Source: an uncultured Thiohalomonas sp.
GTDB lineage: Bacteria > Pseudomonadota > Gammaproteobacteria > Thiohalomonadales > Thiohalomonadaceae
Length of the DNA stretch: 47,314 nucleotides
Direction: 5' to 3'
NCBI GenBank assembly: GCA_964421235.1
Contig: CAYQWR010000002.1
Location: 1 to 47,314, forward strand
Shown: one piece after another, positions 1 to 10,894 of the stretch
Layout: every line of letters begins with the position of its first letter
Position numbering within the stretch: position 1 is the first letter of the stretch
The notes under the pieces: generated by a model
Seen by the model: the letters and a program-made list of their open reading frames with translations, nothing else
Database searches by the model: none
What the model was told of the DNA's origin: nothing
Translations under genes and position numbers: made by a program

Positions 1-1
1 C

Positions 2-876
<875 letters not shown>

Positions 877-880
<4 letters not shown>

Positions 881-1146
881 ATGAATTGGCAAAAAGAAAA
901 GAGCTATTCACCGCAAAGGCGCAAAGGACGCCAAGAAAGGACTATTGCACCGCAGAGACGCCGAGGACGCCGAGGGATGCAATGCCCATTAACACTGGGG
1001 CACCTATGTTTTCTCCGCGTCCTCTGCGTCTCGGCGGTGAATTGGTTTGGCCTTTGCGTTCTTTGCGCCTTTGCGGTGGATTGGTTTGTTTATCGCGTCT
1101 TTGCGGTGAAAGTGTTGCGGCCGGTTGCCGGGGAGTGGCGCGATGA
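877..1146 (+). CDS. 89-aa repeat-derived ORF spanning the trpB-trpA junction ([22 protein letters not shown]...LRLCGG...)
   Basis: ATG at 877 overlaps the trpB TGA (ATGA) and TGA at 1144-1146 overlaps the trpA ATG (ATGA); open throughout; translation not demonstrated. Confidence 0.4.
907..1110. repeat. nested inverted-repeat element A-B-spacer-B'-A'-A'' built of 8-9 bp CGCMRAGR subrepeats
   Basis: A 907-935 ttcaccgcaaaggcgcaaaggacgccaag pairs with A' 1052-1078 ctttgcgttctttgcgcctttgcggtg; B 948-976 caccgcagagacgccgaggacgccgaggg pairs with B' 1013-1040 ctccgcgtcctctgcgtctcggcggtga; partial extra copy at 1094-1110. Confidence 0.9.
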
Positions 1147-1952
1147 GCCGGCTCGCACAACGTTTTGCCGATTTGAAGGCGGCCGGGCGCAAGGCGCTGA
1201 TCCCGTTCGTCACCGCCGGCGATCCCAATCCTGAACTGACGGTGCCGCTGATGCACGCCCTGGTGGCCAGCGGCGCGGACGTAATCGAACTGGGTGTCCC
1301 CTTTTCCGACCCGATGGCCGACGGCCCGGTGATCCAGCGCGCCAGCGAGCGTGCCCTGGCGCACCACGTCAGTCTGCGCGGGGTGCTCGATATGGTGCGT
1401 ACCTTCCGGCAGCAGGATCCCGATACGCCGGTGGTGCTGATGGGCTACCTCAACCCGGTGGAGGTGATGGGCTACGCCGCCTTTGCCGAACAGGCGACGC
1501 GGGCCGGCGTCGACGGTGTGCTCACCGTCGACCTGCCGCCGGAAGAGGCGGAACCGTTCCTGGCGGCCCTGCGCCCCCATGGTCTCGACCCCATCTTCCT
1601 GCTGGCGCCGACCACGGCGGAGGGCCGTATCGGCACCATCTGCCAGGCGGCCAGCGGGTTCGTCTACTACGTCGCGGTCAAGGGCGTCACCGGCGCCGCA
1701 ACGCTGGATGTGGAGGCGGTGAGCAGCCAGGTGGCACGGATCCGCCGCCACACCGAGCTGCCGGTGGGTGTCGGCTTCGGCATCAAGGACGGACCGTCGG
1801 CCGCTGCCGTGTCCCAGGTGGCCGATGCGATCATCGTCGGCAGCGCCCTGGTGCGCCGGATTGAGGAACTGCAGGACGATCCTGATACACTATTGGCCCA
1901 GATTTCCGGTTTTGTCGGCGAATTGCGCCGCGCCATCGACGGCGCCCGCTAG
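1143..1952 (+). CDS. trpA: tryptophan synthase alpha subunit
   Basis: [33 protein letters not shown] and IIVGSA motifs; ATG at 1143. Confidence 0.98.
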   Translation: MSRLAQRFADLKAAGRKALIPFVTAGDPNPELTVPLMHALVASGADVIELGVPFSDPMADGPVIQRASERALAHHVSLRGVLDMVRTFRQQDPDTPVVLMGYLNPVEVMGYAAFAEQATRAGVDGVLTVDLPPEEAEPFLAALRPHGLDPIFLLAPTTAEGRIGTICQAASGFVYYVAVKGVTGAATLDVEAVSSQVARIRRHTELPVGVGFGIKDGPSAAAVSQVADAIIVGSALVRRIEELQDDPDTLLAQISGFVGELRRAIDGAR

Positions 1953-1984
1953 CCGCTCACGACAGCCGCCGAAGGACTAGAATC

Positions 1985-2848
1985 ATGAGTTGGTTACAAA
2001 AATTTCTGCCCTCGACCATCCGCACCGAAGGTGGCGCCAGTAAACGTTCGGTGCCGGAAGGTCTATGGGCCAAATGCCCCGACTGCAGTGCGGTGCTGTA
2101 CCGGGCGGAACTGGAGCGTAACCTGGAAGTGTGTCCCAAGTGCGACCATCACATGCGCATCGGCGCGCGGCGCCGGCTGGATGCCTTTCTCGACGACGAG
2201 CCGCGGGTCGAGATCGCCTCCAATCTGCAACCGGTGGACATTCTCAAATTTCGCGACAGCAAGCGTTACAAGGATCGCCTGACACAGGCCCAGAAGAACA
2301 CCTCCGAGAATGACGCGCTGGTGGTCGTCATGGGACAGGTGAAAGGGGTGCCCCTGGTCGCGGCGGCCTTCGAGTTCTCCTTCATGGGCGGCTCCATGGG
2401 CTCGGTGGTGGGCGAGAAATTCGTGCGCGCGGTCAATACCGCGATTGAACACAAGGTGCCGATGATCTGCTTCGCCGCTTCGGGCGGCGCGCGCATGCAG
2501 GAGGCGCTGTTTTCGCTGATGCAGATGGCCAAGACCTCGGCGGCGCTGACCAAGCTGTCCGACCGCGGCCTGCCGTTCATCTCGGTGCTGACCGACCCGA
2601 CCATGGGCGGCGTCTCCGCCAGCTTCGCCATGCTGGGCGACGTCCATGTGGCCGAGCCCAAGGCGCTGATCGGCTTCGCCGGTCCGCGCGTCATCGAACA
2701 GACGGTGCGCGAAACCCTCCCCGAGGGCTTCCAGCGCAGTGAATTTCTGCTGGAGAAAGGCGCCATCGACCTGATTATCGATCGCCGCGATATGCGTGAT
2801 CGCATCGCCAGCCTGTTGGCCATACTGACCCAGCGTCCCGCGCCGTAG
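1985..2848 (+). CDS. accD: acetyl-CoA carboxylase carboxyltransferase beta subunit
   Basis: Zn-finger CPDC...[35 protein letters not shown]. Confidence 0.98.
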   Translation: MSWLQKFLPSTIRTEGGASKRSVPEGLWAKCPDCSAVLYRAELERNLEVCPKCDHHMRIGARRRLDAFLDDEPRVEIASNLQPVDILKFRDSKRYKDRLTQAQKNTSENDALVVVMGQVKGVPLVAAAFEFSFMGGSMGSVVGEKFVRAVNTAIEHKVPMICFAASGGARMQEALFSLMQMAKTSAALTKLSDRGLPFISVLTDPTMGGVSASFAMLGDVHVAEPKALIGFAGPRVIEQTVRETLPEGFQRSEFLLEKGAIDLIIDRRDMRDRIASLLAILTQRPAP

Positions 2849-2930
2849 GGGGAGTAGCAAGTGACAAGTTTCAAGTTGCAAGAAACACTCGTGCCTTGGC
2901 ACTTGTAACTTGCCACTTGTAGCTTCTCCC
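2849..2930. repeat. inverted pair of 7-mer tandem arrays (NNNCAAG x4 / CTTGNNN x4)
   Basis: gggag-tagcaag-tgacaag-tttcaag-ttgcaag (2850-2882) faces cttggca-cttgtaa-cttgcca-cttgtag-cttctccc (2895-2930). Confidence 0.85.
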
Positions 2931-2934
2931 ATTC

Positions 2935-4200
2935 ATGCGTTTCTCGACCCTTGAGCAGTGGCTCGCCTGGCAGGAGACGCTCCATCCCTCCGAGATCGAA
3001 CTCGGCCTGGATCGGGTGGCCGCCGTAGCCGAGCGGCTCGGTGTGTTGCCGCCGGCGCCCGTCGTCATTACGGTCGGCGGCACCAACGGCAAGGGGTCGA
3101 CCGTGGCGCTGCTGGAGGCCATCCTGCTCGCTGCCGGCTATCGCGTCGGTGCCTACACCTCTCCCCATTTACTGCGTTACAACGAGCGCATTCGCCTCGA
3201 CGGCATTGCGGTCGACGACGCGGCGCTGTGCGACGCGTTCGCGCGCGTGGATCAGGCGCGCGGCGCTACCAGCCTGACCTATTTCGAATTCGCGACCCTG
3301 GCGGCACTGGATATTTTTCGCCGGCGCGGGGTCGAAGTCGTGGTGCTGGAGGTGGGGATGGGCGGGCGTCTCGACGCGGTCAACATCTGTGATCCGGATG
3401 TCGCCATCGTCACGACGGTCGATCTGGACCATGCTCAGTGGTTGGGCGACGACCGCGAGGCGATCGGTTTCGAGAAGGCCGGAATTTTCCGGGCCGGGCG
3501 ACCCGCTCTGTTCGGCAGTGCCGATCCTCCCGCCAGCGTGCTGGCGCATGCCGCCGCCATCGGTGCACGGCTATACCTGTTCGGGCGGGATTTCGGCTAC
3601 GTGCAGGAAGGCGATCACTGGCGCTGGTGGTGTGGGCAGCGGCAACGCCGAGCCTTGCCCTTGCCGGCCCTGCGTGGCTGTTCGCAGTTGCAGAATGCCT
3701 CCGCTGTGCTCGCCGCACTGGAGCGGGTGGCGGAGCGATTGCCGGTGACGCAGGCGCAGATCCGCGCGGGTCTGCTGGAGGTGCGGCTTGCGGGCAGGTT
3801 CCAGATAGTGCCGGGGGCGGTGACGTGGATCATGGACGTGGCCCACAATCCCGAAGCGGCACGGGAGCTGGCGGCCAATCTTGCCGCCATGCCTGTTGCG
3901 GGGCGGACGCTGGCGGTGGTGGGCATGTTGGCGGACAAGGATATCGACAGCGTGATCATGGCGGTGTGCGGGCGTATCGACCGCTGGTACCCGGCGGATC
4001 TGGCGGTGGCGCGCGGCGCTCCGGCGGCGCGGCTGGTGACGGCGTTGGCCGCTGCGGACGTCGCGGCCAGCGCCGTCATGCCGTTCGAATCGGTGGCGAT
4101 GGCGCTGGCGGCCGCGCAACAGGATGCGGTCGACGGCGACCGCATTGTGATTTTCGGCTCGTTCCATACGGTGGCTGCGGCCTTGCAGCGACCCGTATAA
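2935..4200 (+). CDS. folC: bifunctional folylpolyglutamate/dihydrofolate synthase
   Basis: GTNGKGST, YTSPHL, LEVGMGGRLDAVN and DVAHNP motifs; follows accD. Confidence 0.97.
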   Translation: MRFSTLEQWLAWQETLHPSEIELGLDRVAAVAERLGVLPPAPVVITVGGTNGKGSTVALLEAILLAAGYRVGAYTSPHLLRYNERIRLDGIAVDDAALCDAFARVDQARGATSLTYFEFATLAALDIFRRRGVEVVVLEVGMGGRLDAVNICDPDVAIVTTVDLDHAQWLGDDREAIGFEKAGIFRAGRPALFGSADPPASVLAHAAAIGARLYLFGRDFGYVQEGDHWRWWCGQRQRRALPLPALRGCSQLQNASAVLAALERVAERLPVTQAQIRAGLLEVRLAGRFQIVPGAVTWIMDVAHNPEAARELAANLAAMPVAGRTLAVVGMLADKDIDSVIMAVCGRIDRWYPADLAVARGAPAARLVTALAAADVAASAVMPFESVAMALAAAQQDAVDGDRIVIFGSFHTVAAALQRPV

Positions 4201-4242
4201 TGGAGCGGCAAAGGCGGAGCCAGCCGTCGGGAGGTTAATTGA

Positions 4243-4815
4243 GTGAATGAGCATCTGAAACAGCGCCTGGTGGGCGCCGTGGTACTGGTAGCCTTGGCCG
4301 TGATTTTCGTGCCGATGTTATTGCAGGGCAACAAGCGTTCCGGCATCCCGATGTTCGGCAGCAACGTACCCGCCAGGCCCGAAGTGAAGGCGGGTGAGAT
4401 CGATATTCCGCTACAGGTACCCACCCCAGCCCCCGCGGCGTCGGCCACCGTGGTCGAGCAACCGGTGAAACCGGCGCCGACAGCCCGGCCGGCGGCCAAG
4501 CCGGCTGCCGTCCCGGCAACGCCGGTGGCGCAGGCGCAGCGGCTGAAACCGGCGGTCCCGGCGCCGATGGCGCCGCCAGCTGAGGCGTGGGCGGTGCAGG
4601 TGGGCAGTTTCGGCGAGGCCCACAATGCCTTGAAGCTGCGCGACACGCTGCGGGCCAAGGGGTATCCGGCCTATGTGGAGCAGGTGAAGGCCTCGCGCGG
4701 TGCCTCATACCGCGTGCGGGTCGGTCCGATGTTGGCGCGCGGCGAGGCGGTGGCGCTTCAGGGCAAGCTGGAGGCCAAACTGCACATGCGCGGGTTGGTG
4801 GTACATCAGCCGTGA
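4243..4815 (+). CDS. dedD: SPOR-domain cell division protein DedD
   Basis: N-terminal KQRLVGAVVLVALAVIFVP anchor, Pro/Ala linker, C-terminal SPOR domain (WAVQVGSF...YRVRVGP); folC-dedD-cvpA synteny. Confidence 0.9.
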   Translation: MNEHLKQRLVGAVVLVALAVIFVPMLLQGNKRSGIPMFGSNVPARPEVKAGEIDIPLQVPTPAPAASATVVEQPVKPAPTARPAAKPAAVPATPVAQAQRLKPAVPAPMAPPAEAWAVQVGSFGEAHNALKLRDTLRAKGYPAYVEQVKASRGASYRVRVGPMLARGEAVALQGKLEAKLHMRGLVVHQP

Positions 4816-4908
4816 CGCAAGGTTTCCTTTTGCTGCGGGCTCCGCTCTGTTAGAATTCCGCGCTTTCCGAGGCCACGTGCTAACGCAGCGACGCCCCTGG
4901 GCGAACCG

Positions 4909-5397
4909 ATGAACTGGGTTGATTTTTTTATTCTTGGGATACTCGGTATCTCCGTGCTGATCAGCCTGTGGCGCGGGTTCACGCACGAGGCGCTGTCTCT
5001 GACCGGCTGGGTGCTGGCGGTCTGGATTGCACTCACCTTCGCGCACCAACTCGGTGTGATGCTGCGCTCGCATATCGAAACACCGTCGTTGCGGCTGATT
5101 GTCGCTTTCGCCATTCTGTTCTTTCTTACGCTGATGATCGCCGGTTTGATTACCTCTTTGGCGGTCCAGTTGATCAAGAAAACCGGTTTGACCGGTACTG
5201 ATCGCGTGATTGGCATCATTTTTGGTTTGGCGCGCGGTGGCGTCATCGTTACCGTGTTGGTGCTGCTGGCCGGCTTGACCGCCATGCCGCATGACCCGTG
5301 GTGGCATCACTCTGCGCTGCTGCCCTATTTTGAGCATTCGGCGGTTTGGGTGCGCGGCTGGCTGCCGTCCGATATCGCCAAGAGTATCCATTACTAG
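4909..5397 (+). CDS. cvpA: colicin V production family membrane protein
   Basis: MNWVD...RGFTHEALSL, DRVIGIIFGLARG; lies upstream of purF. Confidence 0.95.
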   Translation: MNWVDFFILGILGISVLISLWRGFTHEALSLTGWVLAVWIALTFAHQLGVMLRSHIETPSLRLIVAFAILFFLTLMIAGLITSLAVQLIKKTGLTGTDRVIGIIFGLARGGVIVTVLVLLAGLTAMPHDPWWHHSALLPYFEHSAVWVRGWLPSDIAKSIHY

Positions 5398-5442
5398 CGG
5401 TCGGGTTGCGGCGCCGCAAACGAAAGACAGAGGGGCATTGCG

Positions 5443-6957
5443 ATGTGCGGGATTATCGGCATGGTAGGCAGAAGCTCGGTCAACCAGGCGATCTACGACG
5501 GTCTGACGGTACTGCAACATCGTGGACAGGACGCCGCGGGAATGATGACCTGCGACACCGGCAGGCTGTTTCTGCGCAAGGACAACGGCTTGGTGCGCGA
5601 TGTATTCCAGCCGCGGCACATGATCAAGCTGCGCGGCAATATGGGGATCGGCCACGTCCGCTACCCGACTGCCGGCTGTTCCTCCTCGGCGGAGGCCCAG
5701 CCGTTTTACGTCAACTCTCCGTTCGGTATCGCCCTGGCCCATAACGGCAATCTGACCAATGCCGACACGCTGAAGGACGAGGTATTCCACGACGACCTGC
5801 GTCACGTCAATACCGGCTCCGATTCGGAGATCCTGCTCAATGTGTTCGCCCACGAGTTGCAGCGCCAGGGCAAACTGCGCATTGAACCGGATGATATCTT
5901 CGACGCCGTGGCGCGCGTGCATCATCGGGTCAAGGGCGGCTATGCCGCGGTGGCCATGATCATCGGTTACGGGGTAGTCGGTTTTCGCGATCCGTTCGGC
6001 ATTCGACCGCTGTTCATCGGCAAGCGCACCACCTGCGACGGCGATGAGTTCGTACTCGCTTCGGAGAGCGTGGCGGTCGACACGCTGGGATTCGAACGCG
6101 TGCGTGACGTGGAGCCGGGCGAGGCGGTGTTCATCGGCGAGGACGGCAGTTTTCATGCGCGCCAGTGCGCGGCCAATCCGATGCACTCACCCTGTATCTT
6201 CGAATATGTCTACTTTGCCCGTCCCGACTCGATCATCGACGGGATCTCGGTATACAAGGCGCGCTTGCGCATGGGCGAGCGGCTGGCGCAGAAGATCCTG
6301 CGGGAGTTTCCGCAACACGACATCGATGTGGTGATCCCCATCCCCGATACCAGCCGCACTTCGGCGTTGCAGCTCGCCAATAACCTGAACGTGCTCTACC
6401 GCGAGGGGTTCATCAAGAATCGCTACATCGGCCGTACCTTCATCATGCCGGGACAGAAGCAGCGCAAGAAGTCGGTGCGCCAGAAGCTCAACGCCATCGG
6501 CCTGGAGTTCAAAGGCAAGAACGTGTTGCTGGTGGACGACTCCATTGTGCGCGGCACCACCTCCAGGGAGATCATCCAAATGGCGCGTGACGCCGGCGCC
6601 AACAAGGTCTATTTCGCCTCGGCGGCGCCGCCGGTGCGCTTTCCCAATGTCTATGGCATCGACATGCCGACCTCGGCGGAGTTGATCGGCTACGGTCGCA
6701 ACGACAAGGAGATTGCCGAGGTGATCGGAGCCGACTGGCTGATCTATCAGGATCTGGACGATCTGATTGCCGCAGTGCTGCACCGCAAGAACAAGGCAGT
6801 GCAGCAGTTCGATGCCTCGGTGTTCGACGGCAAGTACGTTACCGGCGACGTGACGCCGGAGTATCTCGCTGCACTGCAGCGGATGCGCAGCGACAACGCC
6901 AAGGAACAGCGTGATTTGGAAGAGAGCGCCATCATCGAGATGCACAACAACGCGTGA
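5443..6957 (+). CDS. purF: amidophosphoribosyltransferase
   Basis: N-terminal [23 protein letters not shown] loop [11 protein letters not shown]. Confidence 0.99.
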   Translation: MCGIIGMVGRSSVNQAIYDGLTVLQHRGQDAAGMMTCDTGRLFLRKDNGLVRDVFQPRHMIKLRGNMGIGHVRYPTAGCSSSAEAQPFYVNSPFGIALAHNGNLTNADTLKDEVFHDDLRHVNTGSDSEILLNVFAHELQRQGKLRIEPDDIFDAVARVHHRVKGGYAAVAMIIGYGVVGFRDPFGIRPLFIGKRTTCDGDEFVLASESVAVDTLGFERVRDVEPGEAVFIGEDGSFHARQCAANPMHSPCIFEYVYFARPDSIIDGISVYKARLRMGERLAQKILREFPQHDIDVVIPIPDTSRTSALQLANNLNVLYREGFIKNRYIGRTFIMPGQKQRKKSVRQKLNAIGLEFKGKNVLLVDDSIVRGTTSREIIQMARDAGANKVYFASAAPPVRFPNVYGIDMPTSAELIGYGRNDKEIAEVIGADWLIYQDLDDLIAAVLHRKNKAVQQFDASVFDGKYVTGDVTPEYLAALQRMRSDNAKEQRDLEESAIIEMHNNA

Positions 6958-6964
6958 TTGCCGA

Positions 6965-6993
6965 TTGACATGCCGCAGATAATTGCCTAGTCT
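6965..6993 (+). promoter_or_regulatory. sigma70-type promoter for the riboswitch-metZ transcript
   Basis: TTGACA (6965-6970), 17 bp spacer, TAGTCT (6988-6993), immediately upstream of the aptamer. Confidence 0.7.
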
Positions 6994-7003
6994 CCATTTC
7001 CAT

Positions 7004-7058
7004 AGCGCCGATTTGAACTCAGCTTGCGGGCGCTTTAAAAATACGGCTAAAGCGAGGG
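7004..7058 (+). ncRNA. SAM-II (SAM_alpha-type) riboswitch aptamer
   Basis: AGCGCC-GATTTG...GCTTGC-GGGCGCT...GCTAAAG fits the SAM-II layout (P1 AGCGCC/GGCGCT, 3' GCUAAA pseudoknot strand); lies upstream of a methionine-synthesis gene. Confidence 0.85.
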
Positions 7059-7096
7059 AAAAAACCCGCTTTGGCCCTGGCTGTGCGGGTTTTTTT
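7059..7096 (+). terminator. intrinsic terminator forming the riboswitch expression platform
   Basis: aaaaaACCCGC...GCGGGT followed by a T-run (7090-7096), between the aptamer and the metZ ATG. Confidence 0.8.
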
Positions 7097-7130
7097 GTGT
7101 CCGTTGCGGGCACTGCGAGGTAAGACAACA

Positions 7131-8315
7131 ATGGATATTCACGAGTGGGACGCATGGGCGTTCGAAACGCAGGCGGTACGGGCCGGACAGCTGCGCAGCA
7201 GCGAAGGTGAGCAGAGCGAGCCGATCTATCCGACCTCCAGTTTTCGCTTCAACAGCGCGGCGCAGGCTGCCGCCCGCTTCAGCGGCAATGAACCGGGGAA
7301 TATCTATTCCCGCTTCACCAATCCGACGGTGCGCACCTTCGAACAGCGGCTGGCGGCGCTGGAGGGGGGCGAACGCTGCGTCGCCACCAGTTCCGGCATG
7401 GCGGCGATCCTCTCCACCTGCGTCGGGCTGCTGAAAGGCGGCGATCATATCGTCTCGTCCCGTTCCATCTTCGGCTCCACCGTGGTGCTGTTCGACAATT
7501 ACATGGCCAAGTTCGGCGTGAGCACCAGCTATGTGCCGCTGACCGATCTCGACGCCTGGCGGGCGGCGATCCGCCCCAACACGCGCCTGTTGTTCGTGGA
7601 GACGCCCTCCAATCCCCTTACCGAAGTGGCCGACATCGGGGCGCTGGCGGAACTGGCCCACGCCCACGGTTGCCTGCTGGCCGTCGACAACTGTTTTTGT
7701 ACGCCGGCGTTGCAGCAGCCGCTCAAGCTGGGGGCGGACATTGCGATCCACTCGGCCACCAAGTACATCGACGGCCAGGGACGCTGTATCGGCGGTGCCG
7801 TGGTAGGCAAGGAGGATGTGGTGGGTAAGGATGTCTACGGCTTCCTGCGTACCGCAGGGCCGACCATGAGTCCGTTCAATGCCTGGGTGTTTCTGAAGGG
7901 ATTGGAAACGCTCAAGCTGCGCATGCGCGCCCACAGCGACAGTGCGCTCTCCCTGGCACGCTGGCTGGAACAGCAGCCGCAGGTGGCGCGCGTTTACTAT
8001 CCCGGCCTGGAGTCGCACCCGCAGCATGCGCTGGCGGCGCGGCAGCAAAAAGGCTTCGGCGGCATTGTCAGTTTCGAGCTGAAGGGCGGGCGCGAGCAGG
8101 CGTGGCGCCTGGTCGACGCGACGCAGGTGATCTCCATCACCGCCAATCTGGGCGATGCCAAGAGCACCATCACTCATCCGGCCACCACCACCCACGGTCG
8201 CCTGTCGGCGGAACAGAAGGCGGAGGCGGGGATCGGCGAGGGGCTGATCCGCATTTCGGTCGGACTGGAGGACGTGGACGATCTCAAAGCGGATCTGGCG
8301 CGCGGCCTGGGCTGA
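7131..8315 (+). CDS. metZ: O-succinylhomoserine sulfhydrylase
   Basis: YSRFTNPT, SSGMAAI, ETPSNP, PLP lysine in HSATKYIDGQGR, NLGDAKSTITHPATTTH; purF-metZ synteny; ATG at 7131. Confidence 0.95.
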   Translation: MDIHEWDAWAFETQAVRAGQLRSSEGEQSEPIYPTSSFRFNSAAQAAARFSGNEPGNIYSRFTNPTVRTFEQRLAALEGGERCVATSSGMAAILSTCVGLLKGGDHIVSSRSIFGSTVVLFDNYMAKFGVSTSYVPLTDLDAWRAAIRPNTRLLFVETPSNPLTEVADIGALAELAHAHGCLLAVDNCFCTPALQQPLKLGADIAIHSATKYIDGQGRCIGGAVVGKEDVVGKDVYGFLRTAGPTMSPFNAWVFLKGLETLKLRMRAHSDSALSLARWLEQQPQVARVYYPGLESHPQHALAARQQKGFGGIVSFELKGGREQAWRLVDATQVISITANLGDAKSTITHPATTTHGRLSAEQKAEAGIGEGLIRISVGLEDVDDLKADLARGLG

Positions 8316-8395
8316 ACGCAAACGCTTTGACCGCCGGCCACAGCTGGGCCTATGCTTCTGCAACGCAGGACGGCGCGGCCGGAAGGAGGGGATCG

Positions 8396-10894
8396 GTGCA
8401 TCATGTTTCCCATGTGGCGGAGATCGTCACCGGGGTGGCGGGGTTGCTGCTGGTGGCCGCGGCAATCCTGGCGGCGACCAAGCGCTTTCGCGTTCCGTTT
8501 ACCGTGGTGTTGGTGCTGGTCGGCATTGCTCTCGCCCAGATTGCGCAGCGTTTCCCCGGATATTTTGACCCGCTGCGCTCCCTTTCCATCTCGCCGGACC
8601 TGATTCTCTACGTGTTCCTGCCGACGCTGGTGTTCGAGTCGGCGTTCAACCTCGACGCGCGCGCTCTGCGCCGCGACATCGGGGCGGTGCTGTTGCTGGC
8701 CGGGCCGGGTCTGTTGCTCTCCACCGCTCTCATCGGCTATTTCGTCCATTGGACGACGTCGATTCCACTGGTCCCGGCGCTGTTGCTGGGCGCCATCCTG
8801 AGCGCCACCGACCCGGTGGCGGTCATTGCCGTATTCAAGCAATTGGGAGCGCCGCGACGCCTTACCATGCTGGTGGACGGCGAGAGCCTGTTCAATGATG
8901 CGACGGCGATTGTGTTGTCGCGCATTCTGATCGGCGTGTTGGCGATGGGCACGATCCAGGACGGCATGCTGTTCAACGGCGCCGTCCAATTCGTACTGTT
9001 GTTCGTCGGCGGTCTGCTGGTCGGTTGGGTGCTGGGCATGATCACCGGATTTCTGCTCGGCAAGGTGGTGGATGACCCCGCCATCGAGATCACCCTGACC
9101 ACGGTGGTGGCGTACCTCTCCTTCCTTATGGCCGAGGACGTGTTCCACGTCAGCGGCGTGATGGCGGTGGTGGCCGCGGGCGTCACTTTGGGCGACTGGG
9201 GCCGGATGCGGGTATCGCCGCCGGTGCGCGCCTATCTGGAACACTTCTGGAGCTACATGTCCTTCGTTGCCAATGCGCTGATCTTCCTGTTGGTCGGGCT
9301 GACTGTGCATCTGCCGGCCGTGTGGGGATCGCTGCGCACTCTGTTGTTGGTCATCGTGGCGATGCTGGTGTCGCGTGCCATCATGATCTACGGTTTGACC
9401 CCGTTGATTGGACGCACGCGGGGCGGCCAACCCATCGATGCGGCGTATCGGAAGCTGCTCTATTGGGGCGGACTGCGCGGCGCTGTTGCCCTTGCTCTGG
9501 TACTCAGTCTTCCTTCCTTTGAATTCACGCATACCTTCGTGGCACTGGTGACCGGGGCGGTGCTGTTTACGCTGCTGGTGCAGGGTTTGTCGATTGAGCC
9601 GTTGATGCGCCGACTGGGGCTGGCCAGCCCGCCGCTGGCCGATCGCCTGGCGCTGCTGGAGAGTCGGCTGGTGGGCAAGCAACGGGCGCTGGTACGCATT
9701 CCCGAGTTGCAGCGTGGCGGCCTGTTTTCCAGCGTGATCGCCACCCGGATGTTGCAGCGCTGCGAACGGCAGCTGGGCGCGTTGCAGAGCGAGATTGGGC
9801 GGCTGCGCGTGGAGGAGATGGATCACCGACAGGAGCAACGGCTGCTCTATCTACGCTGCTTTGCCGAGGAGAAGGCGTTGTTCGTGGATATGTTCAACAA
9901 AGGACATTTGAGCGAGCGCGCCTTTCGCGAGCTCGCTCTGAGTCTTACCTTGCAGGCGGAGGCATTGCGCTATCAGCGCGATTTTCACAGCGTGCGTCTG
10001 CACACCTTGCGTACGCGTCGCCTGGAGCATGTGGCGCTGCGCTGGCTCGACCTGCTCGGCCTGTGCGTCATGGTGGAGCGGTTGCGGCGCATGCGTGTTG
10101 CCGTTGACTACGAAGAGGTGTGGGGGCGTTACCAGGCGAATGGTCATGCGCTGGAGTTTCTGGAAAGCCTGGCACGGAGCGAATCGATCCCGGCGGAAAT
10201 ATTCGCGCAGGTGCACGGCAGTTATAGCCTCTGGCACCAGGATTCGCAGCGGCAGTTGGATGAGATGATGGCGCTGTACCCGGAATTCGTGTCGGCGATG
10301 CAGGAGCGCCTGGGACGACGCGTCGTGCTGATAGCGGAGCAGGCGGTGCTCAAGGAGCAGGCCGAGCGCGGTACCCTGCCGGCGGGAATGGCGGATAAGG
10401 CGCTGTTCGCGATAAATCATGATTTGAACGACCTGCGCGGGCAGGAACCGTGGCGTCTGGCCATCGGCCCGGAGGAGCTGTTGCGCAAGGTACCGTTTTT
10501 TCGCGACTTCCCCGTCGACGAATTTGCCGTGGTGGCGAAGTCGATGCACGCCCATACGGTGAGCGAGAATGAGGTGATTGTGCGCCAGGGCGATGCGGGC
10601 GATTCGCTCTTTCTCATCGCGCGCGGCGTGGTGCGTATCTCCCGCGACATCGATGGCGTGACCCACGATTTGGCAACGCTGATGGCGGGTGATTTTATCG
10701 GCGAGATGGCGTTGCTGCATCGCGAGCCGCGCGCTGCAACGGCACGTGCCGTTACGCCCGCCACGCTCTATGAGCTGGGAAGAGGGGACTTGAACCGCGT
10801 CATCGCGAAGCATCCGGCCGTGCGCACCGCCCTGCGGGATATGGATCGGCGGCGGCAGGCGCTGTTGGCGAGTGGCGTTGAAGACCCCGCATAG
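8396..10894 (+). CDS. CPA1 Na+/H+ antiporter fused to a helical domain and C-terminal cyclic-nucleotide-binding domain
   Basis: FLPTLVFESA, SATDPVAV, GESLFNDA and WGGLRGAV CPA1 motifs; CNBD with QGDAGDSLFLIARGVV...FIGEMALL...PRAAT; GTG at 8396 after AGGAGG. Confidence 0.9.
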   Translation: MHHVSHVAEIVTGVAGLLLVAAAILAATKRFRVPFTVVLVLVGIALAQIAQRFPGYFDPLRSLSISPDLILYVFLPTLVFESAFNLDARALRRDIGAVLLLAGPGLLLSTALIGYFVHWTTSIPLVPALLLGAILSATDPVAVIAVFKQLGAPRRLTMLVDGESLFNDATAIVLSRILIGVLAMGTIQDGMLFNGAVQFVLLFVGGLLVGWVLGMITGFLLGKVVDDPAIEITLTTVVAYLSFLMAEDVFHVSGVMAVVAAGVTLGDWGRMRVSPPVRAYLEHFWSYMSFVANALIFLLVGLTVHLPAVWGSLRTLLLVIVAMLVSRAIMIYGLTPLIGRTRGGQPIDAAYRKLLYWGGLRGAVALALVLSLPSFEFTHTFVALVTGAVLFTLLVQGLSIEPLMRRLGLASPPLADRLALLESRLVGKQRALVRIPELQRGGLFSSVIATRMLQRCERQLGALQSEIGRLRVEEMDHRQEQRLLYLRCFAEEKALFVDMFNKGHLSERAFRELALSLTLQAEALRYQRDFHSVRLHTLRTRRLEHVALRWLDLLGLCVMVERLRRMRVAVDYEEVWGRYQANGHALEFLESLARSESIPAEIFAQVHGSYSLWHQDSQRQLDEMMALYPEFVSAMQERLGRRVVLIAEQAVLKEQAERGTLPAGMADKALFAINHDLNDLRGQEPWRLAIGPEELLRKVPFFRDFPVDEFAVVAKSMHAHTVSENEVIVRQGDAGDSLFLIARGVVRISRDIDGVTHDLATLMAGDFIGEMALLHREPRAATARAVTPATLYELGRGDLNRVIAKHPAVRTALRDMDRRRQALLASGVEDPA

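Noticed and set aside
907-1110. Possible CRISPR array
   Set aside because: The repeats are inverted and degenerate, with no regular unique spacers and no cas genes.
7071-7130. N-terminal extension of metZ in the ORF track
   Set aside because: It overlaps the riboswitch terminator; ATG 7131 follows a GAGG RBS.
8102-8395. N-terminal extension of the antiporter ORF
   Set aside because: It overlaps metZ; GTG 8396 has a strong RBS and directly precedes the first transmembrane helix.
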